DNA of 56,511 nt from Patescibacteria group bacterium (GCA_019745315.1 JAIETH010000001.1:259295-315805), one strand, 5' to 3'; positions 1 to 9,130 are shown, counted from the first letter of the stretch. Notes: generated from the letters alone by a model not told the origin. Program-made: numbers and translations.

Positions 1-708
1 GATCGCTTCAGCTGGAATATACATAAATGCAAATGGAAGCGTTCCATCTTTAGGTCGGATGTATTTTGCAGTCTCATCAATACGCTTCTTGAGATCGTTC
101 TTAAACTCATTTTCAAGTTCCGCCTTTCTATTTTCATCAGTCTCATCAACAAGTCTGCGATAGTTATCAAGGGAAAACTTGGCATCTACCGGAATCATGC
201 CGTCTTTAGTTATGATCACTGAGTCCACAGTCTCCCCTCCTGGAAATTCATACTGCATTTTAAATGCTGTTGCAGGAAGCATGTTTTCAAGTGCAAGCTG
301 GAGAGAGGCTTCTCCTAGGTTTCCTCGTTGCTTTTGATGCTTGAGTACTTTTTCAAGGTTTTGTAATTGCTCAGCAAGAGAAAAAACCTGTTTTGAAGAT
401 TCAGATACCTCGGTCACACCGCGTACCACATGCAAAAGCTTCTCATTCACATCGCGATTGATGTCACGAATAAGATCTTGTGACTGATTGAACTGCATCT
501 TCACTGAGTCATGCATGGTGCGTGTTGATTCACCCATGCGCTCATTCATTGTGCGGGTCAATTCTTGCAACTGCTGCTGGAGCATCATCATGCCCTGACT
601 CTCCTTTTCTGCCTGACCTTGAGGTGATCGGTCACGCATCCACAAAAAGAACGCGAACGCATTTCCGAATACAAGAAGTACAACTAACGCAATTAAAAAG
701 AGTTCCAT
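1..708 (-). CDS. rmuC: DNA recombination protein RmuC (3' end runs off the window)
   Basis: Manual translation from ATG at 708 (MELFLIALVVLL...). N-terminal TM, coiled coil, then KQRGNLGE, IPVDAKF, KYIRP..GTLPFAFMYIPAE motifs. Absent from the ORF track because it is truncated. Confidence 0.9.
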   Translation of the reverse strand, partial: MELFLIALVVLLVFGNAFAFFLWMRDRSPQGQAEKESQGMMMLQQQLQELTRTMNERMGESTRTMHDSVKMQFNQSQDLIRDINRDVNEKLLHVVRGVTEVSESSKQVFSLAEQLQNLEKVLKHQKQRGNLGEASLQLALENMLPATAFKMQYEFPGGETVDSVIITKDGMIPVDAKFSLDNYRRLVDETDENRKAELENEFKNDLKKRIDETAKYIRPKDGTLPFAFMYIPAEAI

Positions 709-819
709 ATGCTACAGACTACCATACGGCGGTATACGAGCCTGATTCTCATAAACACTTGACGAATATTTGATTATCTTGTTATCTATAAGTAGATCAA
801 CCTGCAGGGAAAAACTCTC

Positions 820-1035
820 ATGCGTCCACTCCATAGCGACCCGCTCGTAAACCTCCTTGCGGCAATTGTCGTGTTCTGGGTCATCGGACTCGGCATTGCG
901 GTAATGCTCCAAGGATGGCGCGGTGCAAAAAAGTACGTTCTCGGGGGCTTACAAGCTCTCTTTTACGTACTCGCAAGCATCACGGAGGCGCTGGCAAAGC
1001 TGCTTGGCTACGCAGCCAAAAAATTGGGAGGCTGA
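820..1035 (+). CDS. small membrane protein, hypothetical
   Basis: 71 aa with two hydrophobic segments. Confidence 0.6.
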   Translation: MRPLHSDPLVNLLAAIVVFWVIGLGIAVMLQGWRGAKKYVLGGLQALFYVLASITEALAKLLGYAAKKLGG

Positions 1036-1136
1036 GCAACTCCCCTTTCATACACCACCCACCTAATGCATAAACGCATCGTGTGGGTAGTTTTATATCA
1101 ATGACAAAATCAATCAAGAAATAAGGAAGATCCATA

Positions 1137-1457
1137 ATGTCAAAATATTCACGAAGTGGAGGAAAATACACACGGGCACATAGCACGCTCATTCCTTTTG
1201 CGACGGAAATATGTGACGCCCTGAATATACAACCAGAAGTTACAAAGATCTCTCTCGGCTTCATAACAAGTGGACTCCGCTCTTCTAACAACAACAGACG
1301 GCTTAAAATCAAGGGAGATATAGGCTCACTTCTTCTTTCGGTACGAGATAACAAAGCGACACAAGAAATACGTATTTATACGAGCGATCTTGAGAAGACA
1401 AAGCGAGATATTGTGAAATATGCAGAAGGTATAGATGTTGAAGTTTCTATTACTTAA
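1137..1457 (+). CDS. DUF2103-like protein
   Basis: GGKYTRAHSTLI...VTKISLGFI...LLLSVRDNKATQEIRIYT pattern resembles DUF2103. Confidence 0.65.
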   Translation: MSKYSRSGGKYTRAHSTLIPFATEICDALNIQPEVTKISLGFITSGLRSSNNNRRLKIKGDIGSLLLSVRDNKATQEIRIYTSDLEKTKRDIVKYAEGIDVEVSIT

Positions 1458-1514
1458 AAGCTCGTTAGCATAAACCGCCTAATCTGTCCGCCTGTCTGGT
1501 AGCGTAACTCTATT

Positions 1515-1895
1515 TTGATGATAGAATCACGCCAGAAAAAAGAAAGGGTTCCTGCTATGCCGGCACGGAAAGCAAGTAAATGTGCCGGCACGCAGACTAC
1601 TTTTATTTATGCAGCCGGCACTGTGTGCGACATACTAAACGAGATAGACGCAGTTACAAAAATACTTCCCAGAGTTATCGCTATGGGAACTAAGTTAACG
1701 AATGTAACTCCTGGCTGTGAGATAAAACTTATAACAGTAAATTCTTCTCCAGGCTTTCTGCGTCTTCGGGTACGTGATGGTTCGGCAGTACAAACGATAC
1801 ATGTGTATACAACCAGCATCGAAGAAACTGTAGATACGCTCCGGCGAAACATACAGCGAAAATGGATAGGCGCAACCGTACAAGAAAGGAAATAA
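1515..1895 (+). CDS. DUF2103-like paralog of the upstream gene (start uncertain)
   Basis: Collinear similarity to 1137-1457: ICDALN/VCDILN, VTKI/VTKI, VRDNKATQEIRIYT/VRDGSAVQTIHVYT. Confidence 0.6.
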   Translation: MMIESRQKKERVPAMPARKASKCAGTQTTFIYAAGTVCDILNEIDAVTKILPRVIAMGTKLTNVTPGCEIKLITVNSSPGFLRLRVRDGSAVQTIHVYTTSIEETVDTLRRNIQRKWIGATVQERK

Positions 1896-1986
1896 CCAGC
1901 GACACTATATGTGTCGTTTTTTTATAGAAACACCCAGCATGCAAAGTCTCTCGTATAGTGCTAAAATCGAGAGGTAAACTATATAT

Positions 1987-2442
1987 ATGACACTACACGA
2001 AACTATCAAAGAACATTTGAAAGAATCAATGAAAGCACGCGACGAAGTCCGTCTTCGTACGGTGCGAGGAATCCTCACAGCCTTCACTAACGAGCTTGTT
2101 GCAACAGGAAAGAAACCTCAGGATGTCCTCTCCGACGAACAAGGACTTGCAGTGATCACACGCCTTGCAAAGCAGCGCAAAGATTCAATAGATCAATTTA
2201 CCAAGGGTGGACGCGAAGATCTTGCTGATATTGAAAAAGTGGAGCTTGTCGTACTTCAGACCTACCTTCCGACACTTATGACTCAGGAAGAAATCCGTCC
2301 GATCGCAGAAGCAAAAATAAAAGAGCTTGGTATCACTGATAAAAGTAAAATTGGTATGGTACTCGGAGGCCTCATGAAGGACCTTAAAGGCAAGGCAGAT
2401 GGAGCTGATGTGAAAGTAGTTGTTGAGTCCCTCTTAAGCTAA
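1987..2442 (+). CDS. yqeY: GatB/YqeY domain protein
   Basis: LKESMKARD..RL, KQRKDSIDQF..GGREDLA..E, YLP, KGKADG motifs. Confidence 0.9.
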   Translation: MTLHETIKEHLKESMKARDEVRLRTVRGILTAFTNELVATGKKPQDVLSDEQGLAVITRLAKQRKDSIDQFTKGGREDLADIEKVELVVLQTYLPTLMTQEEIRPIAEAKIKELGITDKSKIGMVLGGLMKDLKGKADGADVKVVVESLLS

Positions 2443-2451
2443 TACCTTTCT

Positions 2452-2709
2452 ATGCGCTTTGAACGAAAGAGTAAACCGCATACATCTTCTAAAGAGAGAG
2501 GTGGAACAAAATCAATTGCTAAGGGAGAGTCAGTGTATCCCCCGTATAACCCAGACAAGCCAACCATCGAAAGTTGTGAGCGCGAAATAGCGCGACTCGA
2601 AAGCCTCATCATAAGCAAACGAATACATAGCCGCGATGATATTCCAGAACTCGAAGAAGCGCTTACGTCTGTGAAAGAAACACTCGCAGTCCTCAGTCTC
2701 ACATTTTAA
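2452..2709 (+). CDS. hypothetical protein
   Basis: 85-aa ORF 9 nt after yqeY, stop overlaps the truB stop. Confidence 0.5.
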   Translation: MRFERKSKPHTSSKERGGTKSIAKGESVYPPYNPDKPTIESCEREIARLESLIISKRIHSRDDIPELEEALTSVKETLAVLSLTF

Positions 2710-3362
2710 ATAGCTCGAGCATCGGCGACACTCATGTCGCCGATCGTCGTTCTGCGCAAATCTTCTATAGTTGCAGGGTATCCAAGACGCTTTCCTAATT
2801 CTTCCGCAAGTGAACGAATATACACACCACTTGCGACGTGCCATACCACAGAAATACGAGCTCTCTGCTCCCCTTTTTCTGTAACAAAGAGATTGAGACT
2901 TGTCGCCTCCCCGCTCATCACTTCCATTGATCGAATAGGTATATCTTCTATCGTTTTTCCCGCGCGCGCTTTTTTGTAGAGCGGCTGCCCACCACGCTTC
3001 ACCGCTGAGTACACCGGAACAGGGAGTGTCAGCACTCCTGTCATACCTGTAATAACCTCAGAAACTATTTTTAAAGAAAGACTCGTAACATCTTTTGATT
3101 CAAGTATTTCTCCTTCCATATCGCCTGTACTGCGCCGCTCTCCAATACGAACAACTGCTTCGTATGTCTTTGGTAATTTGAGATACGATTCGAGCTTTTT
3201 AGTACCCGCTCCAATACCAACAATCATAAGTCCTGTTGCCAAGGGATCAAGCGTTCCTGCGTGACCAATCTTGGTAATACCAAGCTCTCGTCGAAGTCGA
3301 CGAATAACATCAAACGATGTAATTCCTTTTGGCTTATCTACGAGAATAATATCTGTATCCAT
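2706..3362 (-). CDS. truB: tRNA pseudouridine(55) synthase TruB
   Basis: VDKPKGITSFDV, GHAGTLDPLATG, SGVYIRSL motifs. Start set at ATG 3362 (MDTDII). Confidence 0.95.
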   Translation of the reverse strand: MDTDIILVDKPKGITSFDVIRRLRRELGITKIGHAGTLDPLATGLMIVGIGAGTKKLESYLKLPKTYEAVVRIGERRSTGDMEGEILESKDVTSLSLKIVSEVITGMTGVLTLPVPVYSAVKRGGQPLYKKARAGKTIEDIPIRSMEVMSGEATSLNLFVTEKGEQRARISVVWHVASGVYIRSLAEELGKRLGYPATIEDLRRTTIGDMSVADARAI

Positions 3363-3367
3363 ATACT

Positions 3368-3796
3368 TTAAAAAATTTGAAGGCCTGCACCTTTCTGCAT
3401 ACGCACCTTCCGTAACTCTGCTTGGCACTCACGATACCGAGGTATTGCCTTCTCCACAAGCTTCCAAAAGTTTTCGCCATGATTAAACTCTTCGAGGTGG
3501 CACAGCTCATGAGCAACAATATAGTCAATGAGATGTACTGGCAAAAACTGTATTCGATAATTAAAGTTGAGATTCTTTTTAGTTGAACAGCTTCCCCAGC
3601 GACTTTTTTGATCTCGTATTGCAACTTTATTATATGCAAAATTATAAAATGCATTGAGCGCTGAGAGACGCTCATGTACCAGAGTACGAGCCGACTCTTT
3701 ATGTGCAAGATAGTGCTTTGAAGGCGCAGCAGAGACTCGCCGTCTTTTTCTTTTAAGAAAGAACAATTTTGATATTCGCCTTTTTGTTCTAAACAT
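3368..3796 (-). CDS. M48/DUF45 (YgjP-like) zinc metallopeptidase-family protein
   Basis: QKSRWGSCS, IDYIVAHELCHL..NH...FW. ATG at 3796 lies 8 nt after TATAGT. Confidence 0.85.
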   Translation of the reverse strand: MFRTKRRISKLFFLKRKRRRVSAAPSKHYLAHKESARTLVHERLSALNAFYNFAYNKVAIRDQKSRWGSCSTKKNLNFNYRIQFLPVHLIDYIVAHELCHLEEFNHGENFWKLVEKAIPRYRECQAELRKVRMQKGAGLQIF

Positions 3797-3902
3797 ACGT
3801 ACCAACTATACTACACACGACAAGCGAGTGGTTTGACAAAGTGCCTATATTTATAGCATAATTGACGTCGGAATTAGGCAACCAACCTTGGGGGGAAGGT
3901 AC

Positions 3903-4118
3903 ATGTCTGAGACAAATAAATTGCCGCTTCGCTGGCTCATTCTCGTCACCGACAGCGAGGGGAACACCGAAGAAGTGGGCGACGTCGCCACAGAAAGCGA
4001 ACTGGAAACCGTCATGGAAACACATCTTGCCGCAGGCAAAAATGCCTGGGCAATACAGTACCGTGAAGGTCAGAAGGAAGTCGCGCTTCGAGCCAACAAT
4101 ATTCGCATAAACGCCTAA
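3903..4118 (+). CDS. small acidic hypothetical protein
   Basis: ATG after GGAAGGT, with upstream TTGACA-18-CATAAT and a downstream terminator. Confidence 0.55.
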   Translation: MSETNKLPLRWLILVTDSEGNTEEVGDVATESELETVMETHLAAGKNAWAIQYREGQKEVALRANNIRINA

Positions 4119-4127
4119 CCTCGCATC

Positions 4128-4154
4128 GAGCCCTGCTCCGTGCGGGGTTTTTTC
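4128..4154 (+). terminator. intrinsic terminator
   Basis: GCCCTGC-TCCGT-GCGGGGT stem followed by a T run. Confidence 0.65.
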
Positions 4155-4227
4155 TGTTCTCCTGTTGCTAAAAGATGAAGTGGTGCTAGGATGAAATACA
4201 CATTCATTAATAACATCAATACACACC

Positions 4228-5583
4228 ATGGAGCGCACACTGACAAAAAACACACCCGAGCACGCGGGAGAAGAAGTACTGGTAAAAGGATGGGTCAACG
4301 TGCGACGCGATCACGGCAAGCTCATCTTTATTGATGTGCGTGATCGTGGAGGACTTCTCCAGGTTGTATTCAACCCCCAAGTTTCTCCTGAAGCTCACCA
4401 AGTTGCGACAACACTTAAAAACGAAGACGTTATTGAAGTTGTCGGAAAAATTAACACACGCCCAGAGAAACTTATAAATCATAAGATTGCGTCTGGTACT
4501 GTGGAGCTTGAAGCAACAGCGCTCACCATTGTTGCGCACGCTGCCCCGCTCCCTTTTGACACCAGCAAAGAAACACTCGATGCTGAACTGCCTACCCAGC
4601 TTGATCATCGCGCAATCACACTACGCCATCCATCAGTGAAAGCAGTATTTAAAGTGCAAGCAACTGTTATTGACTCATTCCGTGAATTTATGAAGTCAGA
4701 AGACTTCTTTGAATTCCAAGCCCCTTGCATTACTCCTGCAACAGCAGAAGGTGGAGCTGAAGTATTTGAAATAAAATACTTTGACCATAAGGCATACCTC
4801 ACCCAGAGTCCTCAGCTCTATAAGCAGATCGCAATGACCGCGTTTGAGCGTGTGTTTTCAGTGAATAAAATTTTCCGCGCAGAACCATCTGTTACCACTC
4901 GCCACCTCACCGAGGTAGTGTCACTTGATGCTGAGATGGCATTCATCAATTCATGGACTGACGTGCGCGACATGGCAGAAAATACCGTACGCCACATTCT
5001 TAAAACGGTTGGAGAAACATGTGCTACTGAACTTGCCATGCTCAATGCAACACTCCCAACAATGATCGATAAAACACCAACCTTCTCACTTGCTGAAGCA
5101 CAAGAAAAGATCTTTGCATACTCAGGTAAAGACGTACGAGGAGAGAAAGATCTCAACCCAGAAGACGAGCGCACACTCTGTGAACTTGTAAAAAAAGAAA
5201 CTGACTCTGATTTCGTATTTGTGTACGGATATCCAACACGTCAAAAACCATTCTACGTATACCCAAGCGTTGAAAATCCTGAGGTGAACGAAGGCATGGA
5301 TCTTCTTTGTCGCGGTATTGAGTGGCTCTCAGGAGGACGTCGCATCAACGACTACGAGCAGCTTCGCAAGCACGTTGAACTCTGGAATATGAGCGAAGAT
5401 AAAGTACGCATGTTCCTCGACGCCTTCAAGTACGGAGCACCTCCTGAAGGAGGGTTCGCATTTGGCGCAGAACGTATCACTATGCAGATTCTTGGACTTA
5501 AGAACGTACGTGAAGCATGTATGTTCCCTCGCGACCTCTCTCGTATTGATGAGCGCTTTGCAGCCGCAGACGAACAGAAATAA
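4228..5583 (+). CDS. aspS: aspartate--tRNA ligase, short archaeal/eukaryal type (probably non-discriminating Asp/Asn)
   Basis: OB fold (GWV..RRDHGKLIF.D.RD), EGGAEVF, LTQSPQLYKQ, FRAE, GAPPEGGFAFGAER, FPRD. 451 aa with no GAD insertion. Confidence 0.92.
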   Translation: MERTLTKNTPEHAGEEVLVKGWVNVRRDHGKLIFIDVRDRGGLLQVVFNPQVSPEAHQVATTLKNEDVIEVVGKINTRPEKLINHKIASGTVELEATALTIVAHAAPLPFDTSKETLDAELPTQLDHRAITLRHPSVKAVFKVQATVIDSFREFMKSEDFFEFQAPCITPATAEGGAEVFEIKYFDHKAYLTQSPQLYKQIAMTAFERVFSVNKIFRAEPSVTTRHLTEVVSLDAEMAFINSWTDVRDMAENTVRHILKTVGETCATELAMLNATLPTMIDKTPTFSLAEAQEKIFAYSGKDVRGEKDLNPEDERTLCELVKKETDSDFVFVYGYPTRQKPFYVYPSVENPEVNEGMDLLCRGIEWLSGGRRINDYEQLRKHVELWNMSEDKVRMFLDAFKYGAPPEGGFAFGAERITMQILGLKNVREACMFPRDLSRIDERFAAADEQK

Positions 5584-5596
5584 ATAAATGTAAAAG

Positions 5597-5640
5597 ATAC
5601 ACAAAAAAACGATGGAGTACTCCATCGTTTTTTTGTGTAT
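5597..5640. terminator. perfect 44-bp palindrome, probable bidirectional terminator
   Basis: ATACACAAAAAAACGATGGAGT|ACTCCATCGTTTTTTTGTGTAT directly after aspS. Confidence 0.8.
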
Positions 5641-5695
5641 TGCCTCACATAGTGAACAACTGTATTATGCGTACCAGAAAAGAAAGGAATAGATC

Positions 5696-6064
5696 ATGCC
5701 CCAGATCCCCGAGTCAATCAACGCTCTCGCGAAAGATTTTTTCTCATTGCGGTGGCTTCGCCATGCGCTCTATATTGCATTCATGCCTGAATATATCGGA
5801 GTGCCGTGGAAGTACAAAAACGCTCGTGTACAAGAAAAAGTACTCGTACAGATAGGCTTTTTAAAATTCTACTACCTAAAGGTGATCTTTGATGAATACA
5901 AAGACTGCCAAAGCATATATCCACCAAACTATAAAAGGCGGAAAGGCGTGGTTGCTGTATCTAAGCAGCTATACGAAGCAAGTCCAAACCATATTGGAAT
6001 TTTCTGCCAATACAGCAGACACTACGATGACACTGAAGATGTCAAAGTCATGATCGCCAAGTAG
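5696..6064 (+). CDS. hypothetical protein
   Basis: 122-aa ORF preceded by AAAGGAA. Confidence 0.55.
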   Translation: MPQIPESINALAKDFFSLRWLRHALYIAFMPEYIGVPWKYKNARVQEKVLVQIGFLKFYYLKVIFDEYKDCQSIYPPNYKRRKGVVAVSKQLYEASPNHIGIFCQYSRHYDDTEDVKVMIAK

Positions 6065-6090
6065 GCTAGCACCATTCGGGTGCTTTTTTC

Positions 6091-6432
6091 TTATCTCCCT
6101 CGCGTAATCGTCACCCCACACACTCCGTGTTTTAAAATATCGAGCTTTCGAATCGTTACTGACACTGATTCAATTTTTGGATTCTTTAAAATTCCAAGAG
6201 CAATATTTTCTCCAATTGATTCTATGAGCTTGAAAGATTGTTCTTCAAATTCTTTTCGCGCAATCTCATGCGCGTCCATGTAGTTGTAAGTTTTCTTGAT
6301 GCTATCACCCCACTCTCGTGGCTTTTGTCGTAGCTCAATATCACACTCAAAGCGCTGCGGCTTCGAACGCTCTGGCGCTCCAACGCCATGATTGCCAATA
6401 AACAAAAGATTGTTAAGAAAGATTGTATCCAT
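6091..6432 (-). CDS. folB: dihydroneopterin aldolase
   Basis: HGV..PER...QRF..DI, TYNY, LIES, VTIRK, GV.I.R motifs. Confidence 0.85.
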   Translation of the reverse strand: MDTIFLNNLLFIGNHGVGAPERSKPQRFECDIELRQKPREWGDSIKKTYNYMDAHEIARKEFEEQSFKLIESIGENIALGILKNPKIESVSVTIRKLDILKHGVCGVTITRGR

Positions 6433-6468
6433 AGGTAGAGTATACGTATTTCAAACACGAGCGCAAAA

Positions 6469-7098
6469 CTACTTGGAAGGACGATTTACATTCCCTTCAT
6501 CAGCCAAACGCCAGAGATAACACGATGCTATCGTGCAATACGGATGCCATGTCTTTGCCAGTTTTTCCATTTTTGTAGCGTCTGGCAGCTCTTTGAGTTT
6601 AAACAATTTTTTAAATCCCTTTTTAATACCTAAATCGAGGGTCGGCAACACATCAAGGCGACCGAGGGTAAACATGAGGAACATATCAGCAGTCCATACA
6701 CCAATCCCCTTCACTGCAACGAGGTGTTCACGAATCTCTTCATCAGTCATCTCCGGGAACTTTTCTGGCTTAATAAATCCCTCTACAAATTTACGCGATA
6801 GATCATAGAGGTAATCTGTCTTTTGATTTGAAAGACCTGCAGCACGCAGCACCTCTCGTTCATGCCTTAAAAGCAACTTGGGTGTTGGTTTCTTTTTTGG
6901 AAAGAGGAGGAGAAATCGCTCGTGGATAGTCCCTGCCGCCTTTCCTGAAAGCTGCTGATAGATAATAGAGCGGCAGAGTGCCGCAAACGTATCGCCACCT
7001 TCCCCTATTTCAGGAGCTGCCAAGCGAGGTATGACGGAAGCCAAGCGCGCGTCTTGATTCAAATGTTTGAGTGCTTTTTTGAGTGTCTTGGAATCCAT
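6469..7098 (-). CDS. alkA: DNA-3-methyladenine glycosylase II (AlkA/HhH-GPD family)
   Basis: SIIYQQLSGKAA, GLS.QK..Y, VKGIGVWTADMFLMF.L.R.DVLP..DLG, W.PY. Confidence 0.9.
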   Translation of the reverse strand: MDSKTLKKALKHLNQDARLASVIPRLAAPEIGEGGDTFAALCRSIIYQQLSGKAAGTIHERFLLLFPKKKPTPKLLLRHEREVLRAAGLSNQKTDYLYDLSRKFVEGFIKPEKFPEMTDEEIREHLVAVKGIGVWTADMFLMFTLGRLDVLPTLDLGIKKGFKKLFKLKELPDATKMEKLAKTWHPYCTIASCYLWRLADEGNVNRPSK

Positions 7099-7165
7099 AT
7101 TTTCTGATTGTACCATTCTGAACGATATTTGATAAAAAACCCTCTATGGGCTATGTTTTGATGAC

Positions 7166-8197
7166 ATGAGAAAAATAAAGACATCAAAGGAATCTCTTGT
7201 CCTTGCTTCAACCTTGAAGAAAATTGCACCTCGCATTGGAGCGAGCGTTATTACTGAACCCGGATGGCATATTGCGGGACAGATCACCTTTAAAAACGGT
7301 ACGAAGTCCTATTTCAGATACAACACGCTTGACCTGAATCCTGTAGGAGCCTCTGACATCGCAAAGGATAAAGACTACGCAAATTTCTTTATGGAAAAAA
7401 TGGGATACCCTATTGTTCCAAAAAGTAAAACATTTTTTTCAGATAGCTGGGCAGAAGCAATCGGTGCTAAAAAACGCACAATTGATTTTGCCTATGCGTA
7501 TGCAGAAAAAATTGGCTTCCCTGTAGTGGTGAAACCCAATAGCGGCAGCCAAGGAGCAGGAGTCGCATTTGTTTCAAATAAAAAAGAATTTTATACAGCG
7601 CTTAAAGATATATTTAGAACGGACAGAATTGCTCTGATACAAAAGCCAGTACAGGGGCATGACTATCGCATCGTAGTTCTTGGCAACAAAGTAATTTCTG
7701 CGTACGAGCGGATACCACTCAGCATTACAGGAGACGGTCACAGAACGATCACACAACTTCTCACAAACAAACAAAGAGAATTTGTAAAAGAGAAACGTGA
7801 TACGCGTATAAAAATTAATGACCCACGTATCGCCCTTAAACTCAAAAAACAAAAACTTTCACTAACATCAATACCTCAAAAAGGTGAGCATGTATTTTTA
7901 CTCGATAACGCAAATCTCTCTACTGGAGGAGATTCCCTTGATGTAACAAAAAGTATTCACGCTGATTTTAAAAAACTCGCAATACAACTCACACGCGATA
8001 TGGGGCTTACACTCTGTGGCGTCGATCTTATGATCGATGGCGATATTACAAAAAAAGCCATATCTGGCACCTACTATATTCTTGAAATAAATGCAGCGCC
8101 GGGACTCGACCACTATGTGCGAGGAGGTAAAGAACAAGAAAAAATTGTTGAAGATCTCTATCTCGAAGTATTGAAACGATTAGAAAAAAAGAAATAG
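7166..8197 (+). CDS. stand-alone ATP-grasp peptide ligase (cyanophycin synthetase N-half / GshF-like)
   Basis: AKDK, GFPVVVKPNSGSQGAGV, DYRIVV, GDG..TI.QL, ANLSTGG, GVD, EINAAPG. Confidence 0.8.
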   Translation: MRKIKTSKESLVLASTLKKIAPRIGASVITEPGWHIAGQITFKNGTKSYFRYNTLDLNPVGASDIAKDKDYANFFMEKMGYPIVPKSKTFFSDSWAEAIGAKKRTIDFAYAYAEKIGFPVVVKPNSGSQGAGVAFVSNKKEFYTALKDIFRTDRIALIQKPVQGHDYRIVVLGNKVISAYERIPLSITGDGHRTITQLLTNKQREFVKEKRDTRIKINDPRIALKLKKQKLSLTSIPQKGEHVFLLDNANLSTGGDSLDVTKSIHADFKKLAIQLTRDMGLTLCGVDLMIDGDITKKAISGTYYILEINAAPGLDHYVRGGKEQEKIVEDLYLEVLKRLEKKK

Positions 8198-8246
8198 ACA
8201 CCAAGGGCGGCACTCTGTGCCGCCCACCTCACATCTCGCATTCGGA

Positions 8247-8762
8247 TCAATCGACCCGAAAAAGAACTTTCAGATTGCACGAGTCTCGAAGACCGCTCAC
8301 CCATGCAACGCGCCGCATGCCTGTGCCCTCAATACGCAGAATTGTGCGCACCACGCCTTCTCCCCAGTAGACAGGCGAGCAGACCTTGTCTCCAACCCGA
8401 AGCTCCGAAGCATTCGGATTTTCGACTGGCGCATCTGCGAGACTGCGAGCATCTGCTCGTTGCTTCGCAATCACGGAAATGACCGCGGAACGGTGCGAAC
8501 GTTTTGCCTTGCTCCATGCAGCGGCCATCCCCCGTTCTTTCCGATACCTACCCGGCATCGGCTCAGAGTCTCCAAACAATGGCACTCTCCCTTTTGGACC
8601 CCCCCTCAGGCACCATAGCCCAAGTATAAATATTTTGCCATTAATTTTCTCAGATGTACAATCACTCTTTCTCTTTTTGTCTAAATCTGGTATAACTGAG
8701 CCGTGTTGATTTGAGCCATTTTTTGGTTTTGGTCGATGCTTAGGAGGTTTTAGATTAGTCAT
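8247..8762 (-). CDS. hypothetical protein with a Tudor/SH3-like C-terminus (true start probably near 8580-8590)
   Basis: The GC-richer 3' part encodes LRVGDKVCSPVYWGEGVV. The AT-rich 5' part looks intergenic, and GGGAGA precedes in-frame GTG/TTG codons near 8585. Confidence 0.45.
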   Translation of the reverse strand: MTNLKPPKHRPKPKNGSNQHGSVIPDLDKKRKSDCTSEKINGKIFILGLWCLRGGPKGRVPLFGDSEPMPGRYRKERGMAAAWSKAKRSHRSAVISVIAKQRADARSLADAPVENPNASELRVGDKVCSPVYWGEGVVRTILRIEGTGMRRVAWVSGLRDSCNLKVLFRVD

Positions 8763-8924
8763 TTTGATTAATTTCTATCTACGGGGGTAGCCTCTCAGAC
8801 TGTTTTCTCCTTGTCTATCATTCGATAGCCTCACAGGAGCAGTACACCTTTTGGATATTTTTGTTCGATCGTTGATCTCCAAAAATATCTCAAAAGGTTC
8901 CAAATTAATCCCCCGGATTAATTT

Positions 8925-9005
8925 GGCCCTATCGTCTAACGGTTAGGCCGTCGAAGCATCTCCCAGAAGCTTCGACCCTTATCAGGCGAAAATCCGAAGT
9001 TCAGA
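8925..9005 (+). pseudogene. degenerate tRNA-Glu copy with a hairpin inserted after the D-arm
   Basis: 8925-8947 is identical to tRNA 9014-9036. Hairpin GTCGAAGC..GCTTCGAC at 8950-8976. Then CCCTTATCAGGCGAAAATCCGAAGTTCAGA versus the tRNA's CCCTTTCACGGCGTAAATCCGGGTTCGA. Confidence 0.75.
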
Positions 9006-9013
9006 AGTTGTAT

Positions 9014-9088
9014 GGCCCTATCGTCTAACGGTTAGGACAGCGCCCTTTCACGGCGTAAATCCGGGTTCGATTCCCGGTAGGGTCACCA
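9014..9088 (+). tRNA. tRNA-Glu (TTC)
   Basis: Acceptor GGCCCTA/TAGGGTC, anticodon arm GCGCC-CTTTCAC-GGCGT, T arm CCGGG-TTCGATT-CCCGG, encoded CCA. Confidence 0.97.
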
Positions 9089-9109
9089 AAGAGAGAGCTA
9101 GTTCGAGCG

Positions 9110-9126
9110 CTCGAGAAGGGTCGAGA
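9110..9126 (+). repeat. left direct repeat (putative attL core) CTCGAGAAGGGTCGAGA
   Basis: Identical to 21688-21704. Confidence 0.8.
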
Positions 9127-9130
9127 ACTA

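Noticed and set aside
8925-9005. Intron-containing functional tRNA
   Set aside because: Removing the hairpin does not restore the anticodon stem, T-arm or 3' acceptor strand.
9060-9088. Classical integration into the tRNA 3' end with a direct-repeat attR
   Set aside because: No same-strand copy of the tRNA 3' end was found at the far side. The direct repeat lies downstream of the tRNA, and the only 3' copy is antisense and interrupted. GGTTCCACCA at 21757 is too weak.
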